Shown here: positions 22,182 through 32,273 of the stretch, one piece after another
Layout of the letters: each line of letters begins with the position of its first letter
How positions within the stretch are numbered: position 1 is the stretch's first letter
NCBI GenBank assembly: GCA_937983075.1
Contig: CALKAQ010000008.1
Location: forward strand, 554 to 64,553
Reading direction: 5' to 3'
DNA length: 64,000 bases
Origin: an uncultured bacterium
GTDB taxonomy: Bacteria > Bacillota > Limnochordia > DTU080 > JAAYLA01
Made by a program: the position numbers and the translations under genes
Notes under the pieces: generated by a model
The model's database searches: none
What the model was told of the DNA's origin: nothing
Seen by the model: only the letters and a program-made list of their open reading frames with translations

Positions 22182-22395
22182 GCCCTGAACCTCCCGGCGA
22201 AACTTTTGCCCTGCTCCCGCGGGAATCCATCCCATTGTGTCTAATATCCATTATCACCAAAAGTTGCCGATTCCACTTTCATACGTTCGAAAAGTTCATG
22301 CATTATCCTCCCTGTTTTTATGATATTGTATATAAAATTGTCATTCAGCCATTCAAAACAGAGGTGACATGCCACACAGCAGCCGCCCATCTTCA

Positions 22396-22968
22396 TCAGC
22401 CGTTGCCCTTTTCTTCATCATCGTCGTCCGGATCAAACTCCTCCGGCGCGTCTTGTGGCGAATTGGCCGTCCCGTGCCGAGCGACAATTTCCCACGCATC
22501 ATCCCCGTCCATTTGATAATCTTCTTCGCCGAGGTCATCGGACGCGCTGAACGGAAAAGGGTTAGCCTCTTCTTCAATCGGGCGCATGGGACGTTCCACC
22601 TGTCCGGTCATTTCTTCGCTGCAGTCGACACACATGGTCGTATAAGGAATGGCCTCCAAGCGAGCTTCGGGAATCGGCCTGCCACAACGCTCACAAATCC
22701 CGTAGGTGCCGGCGTCCATCCGCTCAAGCGCGTGATTACACGCCGACAAAACGTAGTCCGCTTGAGCAAGCAGCCCCAAATCTTTCGATCGTTCCATCGT
22801 CTCGTTTCCCAAGTCCGAAGTGTGTTGATCCAAGCTGGAAAGTTCACCGACCGATTCCGACAAGCTCCGTTCAAACGCCGTTTCCCACAGCGAGTCCCGC
22901 AGTTCCCGGCGCTCCTGCATGACCTCGAAAATGCGCTGACGAAATCGCTCCAATTGCTGCTGCCGCAT
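22396..22968 (-). CDS. DksA/TraR-family C4 zinc-finger protein (YteA/YlyA-like) with acidic C-terminal tail
   Basis: C-terminal CERCGRPIPEARLEAIPYTTMCVDC Cys4 finger. Start MRQQQLERF at 22968. The longer ORF to 23367 is upstream read-through. Confidence 0.75.
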   Translation of the reverse strand: MRQQQLERFRQRIFEVMQERRELRDSLWETAFERSLSESVGELSSLDQHTSDLGNETMERSKDLGLLAQADYVLSACNHALERMDAGTYGICERCGRPIPEARLEAIPYTTMCVDCSEEMTGQVERPMRPIEEEANPFPFSASDDLGEEDYQMDGDDAWEIVARHGTANSPQDAPEEFDPDDDDEEKGNG

Positions 22969-23174
22969 CGACCACCACTCCCACCGAAAGAAATCGAATC
23001 TGGAACTTCGTGCATTTCGGCTGATCCCACACAAAGTGAAACAGAACCGTATACGAAATAACCGACGGGCCTTCCCCCTCCCACACGCAACGAAACAGAG
23101 CGGTATCCGCTGCTCAATCACCTGCATCGGCGCAAAAGACGTCGCATCGCTCCTGTCTCCGAGCTGACGGTAGG

Positions 23175-23489
23175 TTACGGTACAGCCTTCATTTCGCTGG
23201 CGACAATTTTCGCTATGCTGGCGAAAAACTCGCCAATGACAGGCAAGTTCAGCTGCGCCAGGCGGATCATCAATGCCACAAAAAGCGTTGTCACCAGTGT
23301 CAAGCCGATGGCGATACCGAATCCTCGCGCCACCCCGGAGAGGAAGTTTAGGTAAAGCATGCGCCAAGGGCGGTTGTACAACTCAATGAATTCGGCCAAA
23401 CTTGCTTTCTCAAATGCTTCCACCGCCTCTTGCAGCCGTCGGATCAAGGTCGCCGCAACTCCGTGGCGCAATTCTTTGTTATGGTTCAC
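23175..23489 (-). CDS. DUF5665-like small membrane protein
   Basis: LYLNFLSGVARGFGIAIGLTLVTTLFV…NLPVIGEFF matches the conserved core as I recall it for DUF5665. Start is probably GTG at 23489 (AGGGG upstream). Confidence 0.45.
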   Translation of the reverse strand: MNHNKELRHGVAATLIRRLQEAVEAFEKASLAEFIELYNRPWRMLYLNFLSGVARGFGIAIGLTLVTTLFVALMIRLAQLNLPVIGEFFASIAKIVASEMKAVP

Positions 23490-24189
23490 CCACTGAACAC
23501 CCCTGGCCTCAAAGATCCTTCCACCGTGATACTCTCTCCTCAGCGGTGAGTCAGTATAAGCCGAACAAGGGAAATCAGATGGGCCAAAGGGAAGCACGGT
23601 ATACAAAAAACGAGGCGACTCCTCCAAGCCGCCCCGGACCAATCCGTTATTCCCTCCTCTTGAGCCGTCTCGATCGGAAACTCAGCTATAGGTAATCAAT
23701 CAACTCACAACCATCTCCGTCAATTCTGTACCGCATGTATGTGCTGTACGGCCTAAAAAATCCTGTAACAAGTTCGGACCCGGTGATGAACAGCTCCCAT
23801 TCATACAAACCGTCGTTAGTAAGCGTTATGCTTGCGGATTGGCTCCAATCATTTCCTTCAAGAATTGTCCAATCACCGCTAAAACGCAAGTCAGCGATCT
23901 CAGCCCTGGAAATAGGCTCCAGTCAGAACTTCGGCAGCAGCCGGCTCCCCAACGAGTCCGATCATGCCCATCGCGATCATTAGCGGCAACCATCTACCCA
24001 CTTAAAACATTTCCCACCTTACGTATTTTTCGAAACTCAATGAACTACAATTAACCGTTTCCCCCACAAATACCTTCTTTACCCGCCCCACACGGAGCGA
24101 AACAGAACTGTATCCTCAAAATTCGCTTGGCTGCAGGTGATAAGCGGAGTAGAGTAGAAGGCGGAACACCGAATGGAGGCCAATTGCAC

Positions 24190-25515
24190 ATGGAATGGAA
24201 GACAGATCGATCCCGCGAACTTTATGCTGAGGCAAAGCGCCATATCGTCGGCGGCGTCAACAGCCCGTCACGCGCTTTTGGTGCTGTCGGACGTCCCTAT
24301 CCCATCGTGATCGACCGAGGTCAAGACGCCTATCTATGGGATGTCGACGGCAATCACTACATCGACTACTTGTGCGCTTACGGTGCCATGCTGCTCGGAC
24401 ATGCGCATCCTCATATCGTCGAAGCCGTGCAGCGAGCTGCAGCCCGCGGTACGGTCTACGGTACGTTGACGGAGCTTGAAATCGCCCTGGCCATTCGGCT
24501 GAAAGAAGCACTGCCTTTTGTCGATCAGTTTCGCTTTAACGTATCGGGAACCGAAGCGGTCATGAGCGCCATACGCGTAGCACGCGGCTACACCGGGCGC
24601 GATAAACTGCTGAAGTTCGACGGCTGCTATCACGGTCATACCGATCCGATGCTCGTCGCGGCCGGCAGCGGAACGTCGACGCTCGGGATTGATGAAAGTG
24701 TCGGCGTCCCCAAAGGGATTACCCAAGATGTCATTTCGATTCCGTACAACGACGTGGAAACCTTCACCCGCGTCATGGAGGAACAAGGCGAGCAAATTGC
24801 CGCTGTCTTGGTCGAGCCGATCGTCGGCAATTTTGGCATCGTGACACCCGCCCCCGGATTCCTCGAAACCATCAGCCGCCTCGCAAAAGAAGCCGGTGCG
24901 CTGACCATTTGGGACGAAGTGGTCACGGCTTTCCGCTTCCGCCCCGGTTCGGTGCAGGCGTATTTTGACTGCACACCCGACATCGTCGTTCTGGGCAAGC
25001 TGATTGGCGGTGGCCTGCCCATCGGAGCTTACGGCAGCCGGGCCGAAATCATGGAAGTCGTCGCCCCAGTCGGGCGCGTTTATCAAGCAGGCACCTTAGC
25101 CGGCAACCCCGTTTCCACAGCTGCGGGTTTGGCGTTTCTCGAAGCGATCGAAAGCGATCCGACGTTATACGAACGCACCGCACGCTACGCTAGAATATTG
25201 GCCGATACAATTGAAGACGCCGGAAAACGCCATGGCATCCCCGTTTCCGTGGGACTCTTCGGCGGAGCCCTTTCACCGTACTTCACTGATCAGCCGGTCA
25301 CCGACTTTGCCGGCTGCGAAGCTTCCGACTCCGCACGTTTTGCCCAGTTCTTCGGCTACATGCTCGAACAAGGCATATGTTTTGCACCTTCCAAATTCGA
25401 GGCGCTGTTCGTTTCCGCCGCCCACAGCGAATCCGATATCGACTACACAATTGAGGCGATTGAACGCGCTTTCGCGCGCATGGCGCGTGAAGAACCGCCT
25501 GTTTTGGATTCGTGA
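24190..25515 (+). CDS. hemL: Glutamate-1-semialdehyde 2,1-aminomutase
   Basis: 441 aa from MEWKTDRSRELYAEAKRHIVGGVNSPSRAF. PLP-Lys motif region GKLIGGGLP. Confidence 0.9.
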   Translation: MEWKTDRSRELYAEAKRHIVGGVNSPSRAFGAVGRPYPIVIDRGQDAYLWDVDGNHYIDYLCAYGAMLLGHAHPHIVEAVQRAAARGTVYGTLTELEIALAIRLKEALPFVDQFRFNVSGTEAVMSAIRVARGYTGRDKLLKFDGCYHGHTDPMLVAAGSGTSTLGIDESVGVPKGITQDVISIPYNDVETFTRVMEEQGEQIAAVLVEPIVGNFGIVTPAPGFLETISRLAKEAGALTIWDEVVTAFRFRPGSVQAYFDCTPDIVVLGKLIGGGLPIGAYGSRAEIMEVVAPVGRVYQAGTLAGNPVSTAAGLAFLEAIESDPTLYERTARYARILADTIEDAGKRHGIPVSVGLFGGALSPYFTDQPVTDFAGCEASDSARFAQFFGYMLEQGICFAPSKFEALFVSAAHSESDIDYTIEAIERAFARMAREEPPVLDS

Positions 25516-25609
25516 CTCTAAAAAAATAAGGGGTCGACTGCCGATTCGTTCGGCAAGCGACCCCTTCACATCGACCTTTGTGGAGGTAAAGCACCTCCAG
25601 TCAACCGCC

Positions 25610-28429
25610 TCAGTTTTCCCCGCCGGTTTCAGCCATCTTGCTCAAGACCTTCGAGCACCGTTCACACAGCGCATCTGCATCTTCTTCCGCTTCCGCCGCT
25701 GCGGGCTCAACCACGTGGCGCCAGCAGCGCGGGCATTTCTTGTGCGCCGTTCGCTCCACGGCCACCGTCAAACCGCTGTCCGTCACCGTGACGACATCAG
25801 CGGTCGGCGGCTGCGAACCGACGGCCTCTACCTTCACGTGAGCTGCAATAAACAGCTCGGCCAGCTTGTCTTTCAACGCGTCCAACGTGTTGAAGACCGC
25901 CTCATCCTGCGGATACAGCGTGATGTCGGCCTCCTGGGACGAGTTCATGACTTTCCGGTTCCGCGCCTCTTCCAGCGTTCGCGTGACCACGCGCCGCAAT
26001 GTAAGGAAGCGCTCCCAGCGGGCTGCGAGCTCATCATCGAGCACAAACTGCTCGATACGCGGCCAGCGTGCCAGATGAACCGAAGGCTGCGTGCGTGTCG
26101 ACGGATGAATGTATTCCCAAATTTCATCCGCCGTAAAGGCCAAAATCGGTGCAATGGCGTGGACGAGCAAGATCAAAATTTCATGCAGCGCCGTCTGGCA
26201 CGAACGCCGCCACCAATCGTTCGTCCCTTCGCAATACAGCCGATCTTTGCGCACGTCGAGATAAAAGCCGCCCAAATCGACCGCGCAGAAGTGGTGCACG
26301 GCGTGATAGACCGTGTGGAATTCGTACTTGCGGTACGCATTGACCACCCGGACAAACATGCGGCGTGCCCGATCGATCGCCCACCGATCCAGTTCGTCCA
26401 TCGCCGCCGTGGGAACGGCGTGTTCCACGGGATTAAAGTCGCGCAAGTTGCCCAGCAAGAAGCGGCAGGTGTTGCGAATGCGGCGATACACTTCGGCCAC
26501 CTGATCGAGCAGCTCCTCGGAAATCCGCACGTCACCGCGATAGTCCGCCGAAGCTGCCCACAAACGAACAATGTCGGCACCGTACTTGTCGATCAATTGC
26601 TGCGGAGCAATGACATTGCCCAGCGACTTGGACATCTTGCGGCCTTCCCCGTCGACGGTAAACCCGTGCGTAAGCACCGAACGGTAAGGTGGACGCCCCG
26701 TCGTCGCCACCGAAGTCAAAAGCGACGACTGGAACCAGCCGCGATGCTGGTCGCTTCCTTCGAGATACAAGTCCGCCGGTCGCTGCAGCATCGGATGCTG
26801 GACGAGTACGGCTTCATGGCTCGAGCCGGAATCGAACCAAACATCCATGGTGTCTTGTTCTTTTTCGAAGCTTTCACAGCCGCATTCCGGGCAGCTCGTT
26901 CCTGCCGGAAGAATTTCGGCTGCCGTGCGGGTGAACCAAGAATCGGAGCCTTCTGCGGCGAAAACATTGGCAATGGCATCGATCGTCGATTCATTGATCA
27001 ACGGATGGCGGCAATCCGTGCAGTAGAAGATCGGAATCGGCACACCCCACACCCGCTGGCGGCTGATGCACCAGTCGCCCCGATCGGCAACCATACCGCG
27101 AATGCGTTCCTTCCCCCAGGCGGGAATCCATTCCACTTCGTCGATGCTCCGCAGAGCTTCCTCACGAAAGCCTTCCACCGAGGCAAACCACTGCTCGGTT
27201 GCTCGGAAGATAATCGGGTTGTGGCAACGCCAGCAGTGCGGATAGCTGTGGTCGACCTTGCCGTGGCCGAGCAAGTCGCCTGCCTGGCGCAGATCATCGA
27301 TGATGCGCTCGTTGGCGGCAAACACCTGCAAACCTTCGTACTTGCCGGCTTCGGCTGTAAAGCGGCCCGTTCCGTCCACCGGGGCGAGCACGTCGAGACC
27401 GTACTGCAGACCGACCTCGTAGTCTTCAAGACCGTGGCCAGGAGCGATATGTACGCATCCGGTACCTTGTTCGAGCGTGACGTAATCGGCCAAAATGACG
27501 ACGGAATCACGGTCGATGAACGGATGTCGGCACACTACGCCCTCGAGTTCGGCACCTTCAAAACGGGCGACGACTTCGTGTTCCATCCAGCCGACGTGCT
27601 TGGCTACTGACGAAACGAGTTCCTCGGCCACGATGTACCGGGCGCCGTTCGCTTCAACCAAGGCGTACCGATATTGTGGATGCAGCGCAATGGCCAAGTT
27701 GGCCGGCAAGGTCCACGGCGTCGTGGTCCAGATGATGACGTATGTATTTTCACCGTCCAACTTGCCTTTGCCGTCAACTACCGGAAAGCGAACGAAAATC
27801 GAATCCGACCGGTGATCGTCATACTCAATTTCAGCTTCCGCCAGAGCCGTTTCACAATGTGCGCACCAGTAGACGGGCTTGAGCCCCTTATAAATGTAGC
27901 CCCGCCGATACATCTCGCCGAAAACACGAATTTGCGCGGCTTCGTACTCGGGATGAAGCGTCAGATACGGATTGTCCCAATCGGCCCAGACGCCGAGCCG
28001 TTCGAAGTCCTTGCGCTGAATGTCAACGAAGCGAAGCGCATATTCGCGGCAGCGCTTGCGGAACTCCAGCGGGGACAGTTCATGGCGGTTGACTCCGGAT
28101 TCTTTAATGACTTGCTGCTCAATGGGCAAGCCGTGCGTATCCCAGCCCGGAACATAAGGCACCCAGTAGCCGTCTTGGGAACGGGAACGCACGACAAAGT
28201 CTTTCAAGATTTTGTTCAACGCCGTCCCCATATGGATGTGCCCGTTGGCATACGGCGGGCCATCGTGCAAAACGAAGCGCGGTCGGCCGTCCAAGCGGCT
28301 GTTTTCCTGCAGCTTCTGATAATATTTTCCTTCTTGCCAACCTGCCAACCGCTCCGGTTCCCGCTGAGCCAAATTCGCCTTCATGGGGAAATCGGTGTTT
28401 GGCAAATTGAGTGTCTTGCGATAATCCAT
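25610..28429 (-). CDS. ileS: Isoleucyl-tRNA synthetase
   Basis: 940 aa from [22 protein letters not shown] ([11 protein letters not shown]) and KMSKS motifs. C-terminal zinc-binding Cys cluster. Confidence 0.95.
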   Translation of the reverse strand: MDYRKTLNLPNTDFPMKANLAQREPERLAGWQEGKYYQKLQENSRLDGRPRFVLHDGPPYANGHIHMGTALNKILKDFVVRSRSQDGYWVPYVPGWDTHGLPIEQQVIKESGVNRHELSPLEFRKRCREYALRFVDIQRKDFERLGVWADWDNPYLTLHPEYEAAQIRVFGEMYRRGYIYKGLKPVYWCAHCETALAEAEIEYDDHRSDSIFVRFPVVDGKGKLDGENTYVIIWTTTPWTLPANLAIALHPQYRYALVEANGARYIVAEELVSSVAKHVGWMEHEVVARFEGAELEGVVCRHPFIDRDSVVILADYVTLEQGTGCVHIAPGHGLEDYEVGLQYGLDVLAPVDGTGRFTAEAGKYEGLQVFAANERIIDDLRQAGDLLGHGKVDHSYPHCWRCHNPIIFRATEQWFASVEGFREEALRSIDEVEWIPAWGKERIRGMVADRGDWCISRQRVWGVPIPIFYCTDCRHPLINESTIDAIANVFAAEGSDSWFTRTAAEILPAGTSCPECGCESFEKEQDTMDVWFDSGSSHEAVLVQHPMLQRPADLYLEGSDQHRGWFQSSLLTSVATTGRPPYRSVLTHGFTVDGEGRKMSKSLGNVIAPQQLIDKYGADIVRLWAASADYRGDVRISEELLDQVAEVYRRIRNTCRFLLGNLRDFNPVEHAVPTAAMDELDRWAIDRARRMFVRVVNAYRKYEFHTVYHAVHHFCAVDLGGFYLDVRKDRLYCEGTNDWWRRSCQTALHEILILLVHAIAPILAFTADEIWEYIHPSTRTQPSVHLARWPRIEQFVLDDELAARWERFLTLRRVVTRTLEEARNRKVMNSSQEADITLYPQDEAVFNTLDALKDKLAELFIAAHVKVEAVGSQPPTADVVTVTDSGLTVAVERTAHKKCPRCWRHVVEPAAAEAEEDADALCERCSKVLSKMAETGGEN

Positions 28430-28504
28430 TCCACGATCCTCCTCTTCCAAACAACAGGAAGCGTTCCTTGTTTTGGCAGGGTGGCCCAAAATACAAACGA
28501 TCGC

Positions 28505-28866
28505 CATATAAAACAAAAAACCTTCCGCCCTCAGCAACTACAGATGAGGACGAAAGGATCACCTTCCGCGGTACCACCTCAGTTGGAGACGAACATTTCG
28601 CTCCCTCTTAGGAACGCCCGATATCGGGGGCCACCGGCCCGGTCTACTGCCGGCCTGATTGCCGGGTTCGGCGGGCAGCTCGGGGGCGATGGTCGATAGC
28701 GGCGTACGGGACTGGGCTCCCACCTTCCCCCAGCTCTCTGCACCCGCAAGACCGCCGACGGTCCCCTTCATCGCTCACTGACGGCCCGCTTCGGTGGTGG
28801 CCGTCATTCTATGGCAAATCTTGATGACCAGCTCTCATGCTGTGCCTGCCGCATCAGCATGCACGT
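28505..28866 (-). promoter_or_regulatory. T-box riboswitch leader of ileS
   Basis: Minus-strand AGGUGGUACCGCGG T-box sequence (28566–28579). Terminator hairpin CCUUUCGUCCUCA…UGAGGGCGGAAGG followed by UUUUUUG. Stem-I AGAGA element and AUC specifier candidate. Confidence 0.8.
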
Positions 28867-28873
28867 TGCTACT

Positions 28874-28903
28874 ATTTTAGCGAATGGCAGAGAAAGGCGT
28901 CAA
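28874..28903 (-). promoter_or_regulatory. SigA-type promoter of ileS leader (TTGACG-18-TAAAAT)
   Basis: Reverse complement TTGACGcctttctctgccattcgcTAAAAT. The -35 overlaps the stop of the upstream gene. Confidence 0.55.
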
Positions 28904-29721
28904 CCCGTGCCGGAAGCCATGGCCTTGGGTATGTGCTGTCGCAGCGTATCGCCCCGCAGCCCTTGGCGCATCGCTTCAAGTGAAATGACGTCTTGAGGCT
29001 GAATATTCCCCAAGTTCACGTTCGGGCCGAAACGCAGCAGCCACTCTTGCTGCTGCTTCACCTGAGGAGCTTCCCAAATCAGTCGATCAGGTTGATCGAC
29101 CTCAGCAACGATGGTCTCAAACAGTTCGCTGCGTGCTCGACCGGCTTCGTCGTACACGCCTACGCCTACGCCCGAATCGCGTCCCTCAATGATGACCCAT
29201 TCCGCTCCGTGTTCCAAATCCATACGCACGAGGCGAGGAACGTCCTTCACATTGAGATCTCTCGCCGAATCCTTTTTTCCCAGCTCGCTGAGCACTCGCA
29301 GTCCACGGCGTGACGCTTCCGAAATCAACCGTTGCCGATCCCTGGGGTCCAAGTCAATGGTGCCTTCGGAAACCTCGATTGCCGTGAATCCGAGATCAGC
29401 CGCCCGGGCAATAAATTCGCTGCCCTTCCCCTGCCAAAAGGCGATCTCCAGCAAGGTTCCACCCGGGTAAATATCAATCTGATGCTCTTTGACGATGCGT
29501 ATTTTCCGCAGCAGTTCCCGTTTCGAGTACACCAGGGGTGTCCCGAAGCCGAGCTTCCAAAAGTCAATATGGTCGGCGGCCATGCGAAGCAAATCGCGGG
29601 TCGCCTCGACACCAAGGCCTTTGTCGATCACCATGGTGATGCCTTGCTTTCTCGGTTTGAATGTTCGACTCACTTCTGGAGAGGCAACAACCCCAGCGAA
29701 AAGTGACGGAAACGTTCGCAT
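28900..29721 (-). CDS. (2R)-phospho-3-sulfolactate synthase (ComA/YitD family)
   Basis: 273 aa. N-terminal KPRKQGITMVIDKGLG and overall ComA-family similarity. Confidence 0.65.
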   Translation of the reverse strand: MRTFPSLFAGVVASPEVSRTFKPRKQGITMVIDKGLGVEATRDLLRMAADHIDFWKLGFGTPLVYSKRELLRKIRIVKEHQIDIYPGGTLLEIAFWQGKGSEFIARAADLGFTAIEVSEGTIDLDPRDRQRLISEASRRGLRVLSELGKKDSARDLNVKDVPRLVRMDLEHGAEWVIIEGRDSGVGVGVYDEAGRARSELFETIVAEVDQPDRLIWEAPQVKQQQEWLLRFGPNVNLGNIQPQDVISLEAMRQGLRGDTLRQHIPKAMASGTG

Positions 29722-29880
29722 ACCTCGGCCCCCTTTGATACGACCGGAAGATTCCTCAGCTTATGCAACAACGACACGGAGCGTGAAAATGCCGCTCCTC
29801 CCGAATTCAAGCAGGACCTTTCGAGGTCCGAAGGTGAACTCGTAGATGGGGGTCGATATGCAAACGGAGGCGATTGTCGT

Positions 29881-31458
29881 TTGTCACCAAGGCATCGTGC
29901 TGTCAGTGCAAGCCATTCTCCGCTGAAGCGCCATACCCATCGGCCCATCGTCACCTTCGCTCTGATGCTGGGCATGTTTCTCGCCGCCGTGGAGGGCACC
30001 ATTGTGGCTACCGCCATGCCTTCCATCGTTACGGCTTTGGGAGGTTTTTCACACTACAGCTGGGTGTTCTCGATTTACTTATTGACCGAAGCCATCACCA
30101 TCCCGATTTACGGCAAGTTCGCCGACTTGTTCGGCCGCAAACCGGTTTTCATTTTCGGAACCACACTCTTTCTGGTCGGCACAGCGCTTTGCGGGCTTTC
30201 CAACACCATGCTGCAATTGATAGTTTTCCGCGGACTGCAGGGGCTCGGTTCAGGTGCGATCATTCCGCTGGCGTCCACGATGGTCGGCGATTTGTACAGC
30301 ATCAAGGAACGCCCCAGGGTACAAGGCGCCATGAGCAGCGTTTGGGCTGTCGCGTCGGTGATCGGTCCTGCCCTTGGCGGCTTTATTGTGGCGCATCTTG
30401 ACTGGCACTGGATTTTCTACATCAACATTCCGTTTGGCATTGCCGCGATTGCGGTGCTCACTTGGTTTTTTCACGAAGATGTGCAGCGGGCGAGCCGGAC
30501 ACCCCAAATTGACTACGCCGGCACCTTCTTGCTCATCACTGGTGTCGGGACACTCATGCTGATGCTCGTGCAAGGAGGCACGGCGTGGCCTTGGACTTCG
30601 GCGCCGATTGTTCTGCTCGCGGCCATCACCGTCATCGCGCTGACATTGTTTGTGCTGCAAGAACGGCGCGCGGCAGAACCGCTTCTGCCTCTTGATCTGC
30701 TGCGTGACCGCACCATCTTGCTCTGCAACGTCGGCTCGCTGTTTGGCGGTGGACTCATTTTCGGACTCACATCATTTATCCCGACGTTTGCTCAAGGCGT
30801 GCTCGGCGTCGGCGCCATTCAAGCAGGCGCCTTGCTGACGTTGATGTCGATCGGCTGGCCGTTGGCGAGCAACCTTACCGGTTGGGCGTGGCGAAGCATC
30901 GGACACCGGGGAACCGCGATGCTCGGAACGTTCCTCACTTTTCTCAGCGGCAGCCTTCTTGTCACCGTGGGCCCGAATTCTCCGGCTTGGCTGCTCGGCG
31001 CCGGCAGCTTCATTATGGGCATGGGACTCGGGTTCTCGCAGACGACTTACATCGTCACGGTTCAGTCCCGCGTGGCATGGAACCGACGCGGCGCAGCGAC
31101 AAGTTCGAACATGTTCAACCGCATTTTGGGCAGCACCGTTTGGGTTGCATTCCTCGGCGGGATTCTCAATCAACGCCTGCAAAGAACGTTGGCAGGCATA
31201 GACGAGATGCCCGGCGACTTGCTTGCCCAAAGCGGCGCCGCGACCGACGCCGGGCTCGACGTCGTCAGCTTGTTGCTCGATCCCGGGATACGCGAGACAA
31301 TTTCGCCTCCGCTGCTCACGCAGCTTCAAGAAGCCTTGGCGCACGGAATTCACGGCGTTTTCGTAGCCGTGTTCATCACAGGGGCAGCGGCTTTCATACT
31401 GACTTGCAACTTGCCGCGCCAAGCCCTTCTCGGTGATGCGATGGGCCCGAAGAGGTAA
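29881..31458 (+). CDS. MFS transporter, DHA2 (14-TMS drug:H+ antiporter) family
   Basis: 525 aa, 14 TM. MFS motif A region GKFADLFGRKP. Confidence 0.8.
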   Translation: MSPRHRAVSASHSPLKRHTHRPIVTFALMLGMFLAAVEGTIVATAMPSIVTALGGFSHYSWVFSIYLLTEAITIPIYGKFADLFGRKPVFIFGTTLFLVGTALCGLSNTMLQLIVFRGLQGLGSGAIIPLASTMVGDLYSIKERPRVQGAMSSVWAVASVIGPALGGFIVAHLDWHWIFYINIPFGIAAIAVLTWFFHEDVQRASRTPQIDYAGTFLLITGVGTLMLMLVQGGTAWPWTSAPIVLLAAITVIALTLFVLQERRAAEPLLPLDLLRDRTILLCNVGSLFGGGLIFGLTSFIPTFAQGVLGVGAIQAGALLTLMSIGWPLASNLTGWAWRSIGHRGTAMLGTFLTFLSGSLLVTVGPNSPAWLLGAGSFIMGMGLGFSQTTYIVTVQSRVAWNRRGAATSSNMFNRILGSTVWVAFLGGILNQRLQRTLAGIDEMPGDLLAQSGAATDAGLDVVSLLLDPGIRETISPPLLTQLQEALAHGIHGVFVAVFITGAAAFILTCNLPRQALLGDAMGPKR

Positions 31459-31556
31459 ACGAGCCGCTTCACGGCGAACATAGAACATATCCGACAGGGC
31501 GGCAATGACATCAGTCGCTTTGCCTACCCCGCCCCAATGAGAACGAAAGGAGTCGA

Positions 31557-31826
31557 TTGGTTTCCATGGCCATCCAGTCCGCTGTGATTGATCGCATCGT
31601 CGACGGTACGCATGCGGTGCTGCTCGTCGGTCCCGACGAAGTGGAACGGGTTGTCCCTCGGCGCGAACTGCCTGCGGACGCCCGAGAAGGCACCTGGTTG
31701 AAAGTCCGCTTTCACGGCGACTGCCTCATCGACGCCGTGGTCGACAAAGAAGCTACCGAAGCAGCCGCTCGACGCATCCACGCGAAGATGGAACTGCTGC
31801 GTCAGCGCGGTCGAATGTTAAGCTAG
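31557..31826 (+). CDS. DUF3006 domain protein
   Basis: TTG start with AAAGGAG RBS. AVIDRIVDG…VLLVGPDE…LP…EG core of DUF3006. Confidence 0.6.
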   Translation: MVSMAIQSAVIDRIVDGTHAVLLVGPDEVERVVPRRELPADAREGTWLKVRFHGDCLIDAVVDKEATEAAARRIHAKMELLRQRGRMLS

Positions 31827-32199
31827 CTGGACCACGAGCGCGCAGCACAGCGATTTTGGCTTCCATGCGATCGTAAATTTCCCGTGTTTTTGCGTAATCA
31901 GCGGCAAACATGGGTGGATCGCATGGCTGTCGGTTGCATTCTATAATTTCCAGGTGACCCCACAGTCCTTCCACTTCGTGCTCCAACATCGCACCGACAT
32001 TCTGTAAACTTGATACGGGCAAAATCCATTCTTGCTCGTCGGAACCGACCAGGAAAACAACCCATTGGCGATCAACCATCCGATCGATCACGGCGCTCGG
32101 CGGCTGGGAACGGCCTTGTATTTCGAAGATCCATCCGCAGGTGATCAGCAGCGTCACCAAGACATACACGAAATGAAGTTGAATTCGACCTCTGATCAT
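31753..32199 (-). CDS. DUF3006-like protein with N-terminal TM helix (paralogue of 31557..31826)
   Basis: AVIDRMVDRQWVVFLVGSDEQEWILP plus a shared C-terminal …MEAKIAVLRARG versus …KMELLRQRG motif. Its 3' end overlaps the convergent paralogue by 74 nt. Confidence 0.5.
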   Translation of the reverse strand: MIRGRIQLHFVYVLVTLLITCGWIFEIQGRSQPPSAVIDRMVDRQWVVFLVGSDEQEWILPVSSLQNVGAMLEHEVEGLWGHLEIIECNRQPCDPPMFAADYAKTREIYDRMEAKIAVLRARGPASLTFDRADAAVPSSRGCVERLLR

Positions 32200-32273
32200 G
32201 TGCTTATACTTAGCGATTCAAATTCAAACTCCTTTTCTGCATTATGTAAATTGATTCTGCAATTGATCGACAT

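Noticed and set aside
22369-23061. 230-aa plus-strand ORF and the 323-aa extension of the minus ORF to 23367
   Set aside because: The plus ORF is antisense to the DksA/TraR-like gene. The minus-strand N-terminal extension upstream of MRQQQLERF is non-coding leader (Cys/Arg-rich, no domain).
23027-23108. ECF sigma-W-type promoter (TGAAAC / CGTATA) inside the repeated motif
   Set aside because: The two hexamer-like elements are only ~5 nt apart instead of 16–17, so they cannot function as -35 and -10.
25211-27610. 799-aa ORF on the plus strand (also 27674..28699, 341 aa)
   Set aside because: Entirely antisense to the well-supported ileS gene. Long stop-free antisense frames are expected at ~60% GC. 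No motifs.
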